Origin: Wallemia ichthyophaga EXF-994
Taxonomy: Eukaryota > Fungi > Basidiomycota
DNA: 32,000 nt
Assembly (NCBI RefSeq): GCF_000400465.1
Contig: NW_008806276.1
Coordinates: forward strand, 330,001-362,000
Reading direction: 5' to 3'
Shown: piece after piece, positions 1 to 8,449 of the stretch
Numbering within the stretch: the first letter of the stretch is position 1
Layout of the letters: each line of letters opens with the position of its first letter
Program-made: the position numbers and the translations under genes
Notes under the pieces: model-generated
Told to the model about the DNA's origin: nothing
What the model saw: only the letters and a program-made list of their open reading frames with translations
Databases searched by the model: none

Positions 1-2
1 TG

Positions 3-470
3 TTCTCTAACGGCCTGGTATAATCCTACATGAGTATTAAGCTCATTTATGGGCTCGCAGAGCCTATTGTACGTGTTTGGGGCCGCTTCAATCCATTTTA
101 CATCATGGTGAACGTTCCTCGTGAGCTCAGCTAAATCAATCACTACACGTAATCCATAACATAAGCGATCGAGGTTCTTGACGATCTTGCGCATCTCTGA
201 GACGTCATTTGAGGGTGCATTGACGATTCTGTCGATCAATGATGCAACTGAACGACATCAACGCCGCCAAAGCTAGCGTATCCCTGAATGTTGGTTATAG
301 CGGAGAAATGCCTAGAGTAGAACCAGCGAACCTCATTCCGAGACAATGCCTAAAATGTGGAAAGTTGAGACACACAAAGTATGCAGATCACCACCTCCGT
401 TGCCTGAGATGCGCGGAGAAACACGAGACAGCAAATTGTATAAAATAACCATGTGCAAACTCACTGTCTT
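3..470 (+). mobile_element. Degenerate non-LTR (LINE, Tad/Jockey-like) retrotransposon ORF1/gag relic
   Basis: ORF 239-448 reads PRQCLKCGKLRH...LRCLRCAEKHETANC and continues past an in-frame TAA as PCAN. This matches the spacing of the three tandem CCHC knuckles of LINE ORF1 (QCxxCxxxxH; CxxCxxxHxxxxC; CxNC), with some ligands lost. The upstream frames are broken by stops and no ORF2 is recognisable. Confidence 0.5.
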
Positions 471-1481
471 CAATAATACCAGGCTATACGAGTAATATTT
501 CTTTTTCTTGCTTGAACAAAAATTTGTTTCGAATGGCAGCTTTCTCTGATTGAATGTTGAGTCAGAGCTCGGTATCCTGATTCAATTTTACAGATTTTAT
601 TTGTTTAATGTTGACTTTGAAGCAGACTAATGCTGTTCACGTTTTGCTGCTTATATATCGCGCCATCTTTACTGCGTTCTCTTTTTCGATGTACGCAAAT
701 AAAACAATCTATGACGTTTTTGCGGTAATGAATTATCATAATATTGCATAGTGCTTAATTTGTTTGAGAATAAAGTATTGTCAAAGTTGTCACCGAAGGG
801 TAAGTCTTCTACATCGGATAATTTGTCTATAACTGTAAATTGATTTTTTGTATCACTCATTTAACAATTTGCCTCAATCTAATGGAAGCATTTATGATAG
901 TGTTTTTATATCAATTTTGATTTTGACTTTTGCAGAATGTTCCACATTTTCGGATCATGGATCAGGACCAACTTCTTACACTTCCGTCCAATTTTTAGCC
1001 ATCTTACCCGTCATGTTCGAAAACATGAGAACGTATCGGGGCTTTGGCTATGGCGGGAAACATACGTTGGTTCGTTGGTTGAGGAGCTTTGTTTGGTGAA
1101 ACGTCAGCGTCAATATCCGTTATAAGTTGTAGTGTTATTTTCTACTTTGCCCTTCATGCAGATTATTATTTCAGGTTGATCATTCTGCTGTCCTATAATT
1201 TCATGTTGAGTTTAAATGATCGCCAGACAAGTCACATGCTAAATGCCTCCTTTATTGGAAGTAATAGAAACCAAGTTAAATAGCACGTCGTCTTGTTACG
1301 CACTTTGCGTGTAATGAGTATGCCAACATTTTACGAATGCACAATGTCACTGATTGAATTCGGTTATATTGAGTACTTCTTGTGGAATGATGATTACTAT
1401 TAATTATAATTCAGTTAAAAAAGTTTCTAAATATCACACTTCAATTCAAGATAGGGCAAATTTACAAATTTACAAGAAAAA

Positions 1482-2889
1482 TCAAGTGCTAGCTCTTTCA
1501 ATTTGACCGCCATGTAGAGTTATAAATTTGATTTCCAAATAAGCAGCCAAATCTGTCAATGGTTTGTAATACTTCAATGAAGACCATGGAAAGAGAAGAC
1601 CGTTCTCATTCGAAATGGCATCAAAGTCACTGGAAATAGTAAGAGGCCGCCTTTGACTATATGATTGATTAACTCACGATTCCATATCCTTTCTCAATTG
1701 AACGAAATATTTCGTTTCATCAGTAATAATACCATCAACTCCCCACTGATTGGCAGAGTTAACAAATCCCATATTCAATCTTTCACTCACTTTAGAAGCC
1801 TCGACCATTTCGGAACGATTATTGACAGTCCAAACCATTACACCTTTATGTGATTCTTTGCACTGTTTAAGAAATGCTTGACCGTCGCTACTGATTAATG
1901 AGCTAAATGACATACTCAAGACCTTGACATGATCCTTGAATTCGATGAGAAGATGTCTAAGCTGGAAAAATGACGCTTACGAAGAAGTGAGATCGAGCGA
2001 GTGATGTGCTCATACCAATATGAGCTAAGTGAGCATATGGAATAATGTTTTTTGCAGGCTCTATGAACTTTGGATGCCAGAGACCTAAGTTTGATGAATA
2101 AGTAAAAAAAAAGTGTAATCAAAACCAACCAAGTATAAGGCGTGGTGCTAATCTATTTTCGTAGTCGGTATACTTTGAGATGGATTTGTGCATGATACTA
2201 AATAATCTTTCCGGTGGATTGTTTGGTTTAATATCAATCTAAAACAGATATGAGTGATGCAATAATTGAGTGATAAACTCACGTTAAATTTGACATGATT
2301 GTTTTCGGGCTTCATGAGTAGCTCTAAGGCTTCATCGAATTTAGGAATTGGTTGAGCGGGTTGTTGGAGAGTACGTAAGTGTTCAATGTCACCAACGTAA
2401 GGTTTCGAAGGGATACTACCGGATCCATCAGTTAGACGATCTAATTCAGGATCATGAAACATAACAATGACATCGTCAGCACTACAAGAGTAGCGTTAAT
2501 TGAGGAGTTGAAAGGTATGAATGAAAAAATACCAAATGTGTACGTCTGTGAGATAGAACCTTGATAAATGAAGCTTCCAAGGTAAGAAATATGACGTACC
2601 ACTTTCGATTCCTTCGGATCCGTCTCTATAAAGGAATTGAAATTTATTACGTCCTTTGAATGATAAGATAGGTACTAACTTTATTGCACCTCTAAAAGCC
2701 GCCATTGTATTTTCAGGATATCCAGCACTAGCCTAAAGATAAAGCATTAAAGTGGATAGCGAAGCGTTTCGATAGACATTCCCCTCTATGACCGAAACTA
2801 GATGATATTAGCTCGAAGTTGATGACATATATAGCAACTAACCAGGATGGGAAATTGTCAATGTTATTGTGTTGTGAGATTGTATTCAT
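1482..2889 (-). CDS. Glycerophosphodiester phosphodiesterase (GDPD) family, Pgc1-like phosphatidylglycerol phospholipase C; 11 exons
   Basis: The spliced reading gives MNTISQHNNIDNFPSC-FGHRG-ASAGYPENTMAAF...GIESDVH...IVMFHDPELDR...IDIKP...VMVWTVN...WGVDGIITD. These are the canonical GDPD motifs. Stop TGA is at 1482-1484. Nine introns are GT-AG and one is apparently GA-AG (2733-2781). Confidence 0.9.
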
Positions 2890-2970
2890 TAAAAAATTTG
2901 TGCACGTTTGTTAGTGAGATGGGTGATCATGATCAGGCGACCATACGTCATTTTGAAATGAAAAATAAAA

Positions 2971-4757
2971 TTATATTTGTAGATTATCCTTTAATTTTTG
3001 TACATTAGCATATTGCTTTTTAGTATTCGAGTCATAATCGTTCATCTTGTCATTACTATTGTTGAACAAAATGACAGAGACAGTCGTATCATCAAAGAAT
3101 CGCCTTGAATGCGGTGGGGGTATAGATAATAAAGCAGAAACTTGATTTTCATGCGCACCACCTAAAGCATTTTTGATAAGTAGAGTTGATAAGTTTGATT
3201 CGTTGAATATGTACTGATTATCATTTGATTCATCGAAATTTGACGAGTTTCTTTCAGATGTGACATTTTGCAGAAGTTCGGATTTATCTAATATAGTCTT
3301 TCCGTGAATTCCACCTCTAACACCAGAACCATCTAGAGATTTTCCCACTAATGCGACAGCCTCCTCATTTGATAATCTATCCCAAAGACCATCGGTAGCT
3401 AAAATGAGGAACTGGGGTTTGCTTGAGAGATTCAATTTACGATGAGTAACTTCAGGCTCAGCGGTAACATATGGAGGAGTGAGTAAAGCCCTTGGTGGAG
3501 GTCTTATTGGATAAGAAGGAGGTAAGAGTGCGTTTGATAATTGAGATTGTAAAGGAGCAGACCATTTATAACGAGCATCACCGAAAGCTCTTGTTGGCTG
3601 TATTTAGAGTAAAAAGAATAAATTAAAAAATCGGTGGTTTAAGAAAGAAAAACTCACTTCTAAGCCACCTAAGACTCTACCACGTTGAACGACATAAGGA
3701 GATTCAACAGAAGGATGTTCAGATTGAATTCTTTAGAAATAAAGTCAGAGTAATATCACACCAAGCAAAGTGCAACTAACCTCTTGATTTCAGATTTAGA
3801 TTTAGCGGTTTGATCAACTGATAAAACATCAACAAACCATTTACCATTATCATAGTAACCAGCTATAGCTCTTGAATCACCGGTTACTGCAATATATAAA
3901 TCTTGACGAATTTCATCAATGTAAGCCATTAGAGCGCACGAACCGGACAAAGCAGAAAGTAAAGAATCATCAGGTTTGGACGGTGGAGAGGGAGTTTTAG
4001 GTAATTGATTTAATAAGCTTATAGGAGCTTGTAATAAAGAGTTATCCAAATTAATGAAAGCATTTTTCAAAGATTGCATGACAAGTTGAGGTTGAGAGTC
4101 TAAGTTAGTAGAATTGTTGTTAGATTTGAAGAGGTTGATAAATTGATGCCAATAAGAAGAGTTTGTAGGTGGAATGTTATTGAATAAAGATGATAAGTGA
4201 AGAGCAGTGGAAGGTACTAAGGATTTAGAGAGAAATTCTGAAGTTCTAAAACCAGAGTGACCATCAAAAACACAAAAGAAGAACAAGTCACCGGTTCTAT
4301 CAAGGTTAATGAGGTTATTGGAATCATATGGCTTAGAATCTCTTTCCAAAATGATTTCACAGTGCCTATCTTCAATGGGGTTGTTCGAAGATATGTGATT
4401 ATTGTAGTACTGATTAATTAAAGAAGGCTGACCAGATTTAACAATTTTAGTTGTAGATTCATTTGATTTGAGTAGAGTAGAAATATCCGAAGAAGAAAGC
4501 TTATTAACAGTTTTAATAGACTTAATACCATCCTTAGACTTGATCGGAATAGTGAAACTATCTGTACTGCTAATGAAAGGTTGATTGCTGAAATGATTAT
4601 ACAGACCATACAAGCCAAAGCTAGCAGAAGAGAAGAGTAGAATATCTATGATTCTATTCCTTGGCTTCGTTGGATTCGTTGGCTTATTCGAAATACATCT
4701 CTTCAAGAACTTCAATTGTTTGGATTGATTCGTTGAAACTCGCCGTATCAAAAACAT
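2971..4757 (-). CDS. PTC5: PP2C-family phosphatase, mitochondrial pyruvate dehydrogenase phosphatase (Ptc5-like); 3 exons
   Basis: Motifs NNPIED, FCVFDGHSG, LSGSCA, VTGDSRA, GRVLGGLE|PTRAFGDARYKW, YVTAEPEV and FLILATDGLWD are present. The N-terminus is an Arg/Lys/Ser-rich presequence-like stretch. There are two GT-AG introns in 3595-3780. Confidence 0.9.
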
Positions 4758-4781
4758 GGGCGTTAAGAAGAGGAAATTGAA

Positions 4782-5973
4782 TTAGTTTACATTATAAATA
4801 ATTTTATTCAAATTTAATTTAAATTTTTTAAGCTGGTTGGATAATTCTAACCAATCAGTTTGATTAAATTTAAACTTGACAGACTCATTTACTTTGAATT
4901 GCTTTGTTGACTGATTCAATCTGCCTAAAGTCAACCCAGATTTTATAAGTTGAATTAGTATCATCTCTATATTGGATTCTTCTACTTGAATAACACGCGC
5001 TAAGTCTTTGTAATTGATAGATTTCCCAATGAAATTTGAGCAATAGTTGTTCAATTGAAGTAATCTGAATTTATCCAACAAAATTGATTTGTTGACATTG
5101 TTTAATTGATTGATTGATTGAATATATTGATTGAAATCCAAGTTGATAAAGCTTTGCAATAAATTGAATTCTGTTGACTTGTTGATATTGATTATCCCAT
5201 TCAAGTTTACTAATTGATCAAATGAGTAATTGTTTATTGATTCTAATGAGTTCAATATGATGGATTTTGCGATCTTTTCATTGCTTTCATCAATTTCAAT
5301 GGCTATCTGTTGGTATTTTATCATTCTATGGATATTACCTATGCTGTTGAAGTGATTGATAATGTCTACCAAGAATGATTTCTTAGCTTCGACACCTAAA
5401 TCACTTAGCCAAGCAACCAACTCATCATCTTCCTTGATAATGAAATTTTGATCCTTATCTAGAATAAACTTGTATAACTCAATTTTAACATTATCTGTAT
5501 TTCTCAGATTGTTGAGCAGATTGTTGATTGTTTTGAACTTTAAAGATGCTTCAATTGAGTTGTTAATCAAAACTAAATCCACCAAGGTATGATATCTTTT
5601 ACTATAATCCTCACTGAAAACTTGAAGTATCAAAAAACCAATCAAGTTGTAGAATCCTTCAATTTCTATAATCAACCAGTTAGCAAATAGACGCCCATAG
5701 AATGCCGACTCTAACCTGACCAACTTCCACCACCCAAAGCTGTCATATCACTCAATAATTTATCAATGATAGTCTTCTTGTTAGAATCATTTAAATCGAC
5801 CAGCTTTGATTGATATTCATCTAAATAGCTCATCTTCTCATTCTCACTTTTACTCCTTGATAAATATCCAACTACTTCGTGTATCTTTTGATTTATCAGG
5901 ATGAAATTAAGCTTGATACACTAAGACTCACATGCTCGTCAAAAGTTGTATCTGTTGCAAAGTTATTGTTCAT
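4782..5973 (-). CDS. EIF3M: PCI-domain protein, most likely translation initiation factor eIF3 subunit M; 3 exons
   Basis: The N-terminus TTFDEHIHEVVGYLSR and EIEGFYNLI resembles fungal eIF3m. The C-terminal PCI region reads LLDKFRLLQL...INYKDLARVIQVEESNIEMILIQLIKSGLTLGRLNQ...DW. Two GT-AG introns. The start codon is ambiguous (5973, or 6008 with an extra intron). Confidence 0.7.
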
Positions 5974-6022
5974 TTTGATTGAATTTTAAAACTCTGTATC
6001 TCTGACATTCTATCAAGCGCAT

Positions 6023-6034
6023 CCCTAACCCTAA
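6023..6034. repeat. Two tandem telomere-type hexamers (CCCTAA)2 / (TTAGGG)2 upstream of eIF3m
   Basis: Read directly: atCCCTAACCCTAAtc. Confidence 0.8.
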
Positions 6035-6117
6035 TCAAATTTTCACTGACTATAAAAATACTCAATTCTCTCACCGTTTCTTTAACTAAACCATAAACCA
6101 CTTCAAATTTGCCTTGG

Positions 6118-6301
6118 GTATGTCGTTGGGTTGGCGTCCGACTCATCTGTAGCAGGATGGATATGGTGTACCCATAACTTTGAGGTGGTATAGTTAAATA
6201 CAGTTGTCCTCCACGCTCAATTAAGTCCTAGTACTTTCTTGAGCACTAACCGGGCCGCATATTTCTCGATTGTAACGATTATTTATTTTATTTTAACGTA
6301 G
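6118..6301 (+). ncRNA. Candidate structured ncRNA inside an oversized intron of a non-coding host transcript
   Basis: GTATGT donor at 6118 and CACTAAC branch motif at 6244-6250, with the first downstream AG at 6300-6301. Total length is 184 nt versus about 45 nt for coding introns here. Internal stems are GGGT/ACCC, GAGG/CCTC with GTAT/ATAC, and GCTCAA/TTGAGC with AAGT/ACTT. No ATG lies in the preceding 75 nt. Confidence 0.35.
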
Positions 6302-6451
6302 AAGCGTCTGCTTTGTGTTTGTGCTGCCGTTGATTTCTTTCATCTACATCTCTATGATTAAATGTAATTTTAATTTTTATAGGTCAATGATCGATCCCTT
6401 CGAATAACTTTCCTCGTCACCAACCAACCAAAACCATCTCGTTTGTTCATT

Positions 6452-7065
6452 ATGTCTGATACAAACCAAAAGACATTCACGATTGATGATTTAAAGTCTC
6501 ATCAATCAGCAGATAACATGTGGCTTTTGATTAATGGAAAAGGTCGGTGACCCACCTTTCCAGCAACTCGCTTCTAACACGCTTTAATAGTCTACGATTG
6601 TACAAAGTTCCTCGACGATGTTGGTCGACTTGTTAATATTCACATGCTTAGCCACTTACTCTCCTAAAGCACCCAGGTGGTGATGAAGTTATCATCTCTG
6701 AAGGCGGTAAAGACGCTACAGAAGCTTTCGATGATATTGTTAGTTTCATTTTTCTGTATTACTCTTTTTGACCTTTACAGGGCCACTCGGACGAAGCTAG
6801 ATCTCAATTAGACAAGCTTTACATTGGTGACTTTGATGGCGTGAGTTTCTTCATCGTCTTCTTCTCTCCTAATTCTTTTATAGCCTTCAAAATCGTCTTC
6901 TTCTTCCACAAAGACTGGCTCTAAATCATCAGATACGAGAGCTTCTTTGTGAGTTTTCATCCTGCTTTGTCTTACCCTACTAACATCTGCAGAATCAACA
7001 ACCTGCTATTCCCATTGGTCGCTATCGCTGCTTATCTCGTTTGGCGCATCTACTTTGCAAAGTAA
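6452..7065 (+). CDS. CYB5: Cytochrome b5 with C-terminal membrane anchor; 6 exons
   Basis: Spliced product: [59 protein letters not shown], then a tail LLFPLVAIAAYLVWRIYFAK. Five GT-AG introns. Confidence 0.95.
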
Positions 7066-7107
7066 TTTATTTTCATAGATTTTCTCAATTACAATACCAA
7101 TCAATAT

Positions 7108-8321
7108 TTACTTATCTTTCTCCGCTTCAACTTCATCTGATGTCTTGAAGAACACTGGTGGTGAGTGTTCAAATTGCTTGAGTGGTACACCCAGCTCAAT
7201 AAGTTTAGCAAATGCTCTTGAAAAGTCTTTGAAGAAGACATCCTCATCCTCTGCGTACTTTTCTACGTATGGTCTGTACTTATCACTTGTTCTAAGTGCA
7301 TAATCTGTTGGTAGCATCATTAAGCTCTTAGTTTCTTGATCTTCATATTGCTTTGGTCCATCCCACTTTTTTTCCTTCCACTCTGACTCCATCAACAGTT
7401 TGTAGAATTGATTTGAGAAGGTGATAGGACTGAATGTCCATGGTCCTTCAAATCCACTACGATCTCTGTGTGTTCTACCAACTGCATGTGCTCCAATTAA
7501 ACATACCGTCTCGCCATCATCAAAACCTAATCTATCGAATATGTTTTGAACGTGTTTTTCATCCTTAGCTCCATCTGGCAATCTGTTCGTGATTGCCTCA
7601 CGTTCATCTATACCATCGATACGACCTGGACGCCAAGCAACCTGTTCCTGATAAGTCAAGCTTGTGAAATTTCTCAAATAATCTTACCTTTGGACCACCC
7701 ATCTCCTGCAGTCCAACTACACCAGCGAGTGTCCAAAGATCGCCATATGAAATCCATGGAAACTGTGGCTTTACTCTGTTGTTGAGGAGGTCTATTCCTG
7801 TTAAGTCGTGTACTATGACCTGCTTTGCACTCACCTCTTCCGACTTCTAATCCTGCGTTAGCACCATCTTCAGCTTCAGCTTTGAAACGCATCGTCGCCT
7901 TGTTTGATCCACCTGGGTTCGCCTTGTCGTGCTTACTGAATGTTCCACTCGCGTGCCACGCTAATCTCAAAAGGACCGGCGCGAAAGTCCCATCGTCATA
8001 GTTTTCATTCTCCAGAACATCAACAATAGCGTTATAAACCTTTTGGTAATCCCTTGAGCCAGAATCAACAGGCAACTTCTCCTCAATCTTAGCCACTGCC
8101 TGATTACGAGTACCCTCGTAGTTGTTGAGATTATTAAAGAAATACAGTCCTAATCCTGTAAGTAAAGCACCACCCGCAAAGATTGCTCCTCTGCCACTGC
8201 CACCGCCACTTTCACCACCTTGAGATGAGTATGACCTCATCACTGGCTGACAAATCACAGCTTTCCTATTGGATGCAGCCCTAGCGACATTCTTGTTGAT
8301 TCTGCTGACGTTTCTTAACAT
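7108..8321 (-). CDS. CCP1: Mitochondrial cytochrome c peroxidase; 3 exons
   Basis: Motifs [62 protein letters not shown] and LMMLPTD are present, together with a presequence and an N-terminal TM segment. Confidence 0.95.
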
Positions 8322-8449
8322 ATTTGAGCTCTTTATTGTAAATATTCAACGTCTATTCCGCAATAAGTATTTCCACGGATGATGGTTTAGGAGTAAGCGC
8401 TATCAATATTTTGGCGGTAGAAGAGGCTTATTCATCGCAAAATTACAAA

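Noticed and set aside
3-470. RIP-like or methylation-driven C-to-T signature in the LINE relic (stops TAA/TGA readable as CAA/CGA)
   Set aside because: Every stop codon starts with T, so any stop can be rationalised as C-to-T. It cannot be tested without an intact copy.
669-860. ORF start MSDTKNQFTVIDKL resembles the cytochrome b5 start MSDTNQKTFTIDDL
   Set aside because: Similarity stops after about 14 residues, there is no HPGG motif and no visible DNA-level duplication. Probably chance.
848-1283. Overlapping short ORFs with hydrophobic stretches, possibly a membrane-protein pseudogene
   Set aside because: No recognisable motif and no consistent splice model. The AT/T-rich sequence readily yields hydrophobic translations.
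5106-5121. (TTGA)4 microsatellite in eIF3m
   Set aside because: Short, lies in AT-rich coding sequence, and is expected by chance.
6118-6301. TPP riboswitch or spliceosomal snRNA identity for the long introns (also 15338-15510)
   Set aside because: No CTGAGA/ATACC TPP core, and no U1, U2, U4, U5 or U6 invariant sequences on inspection.
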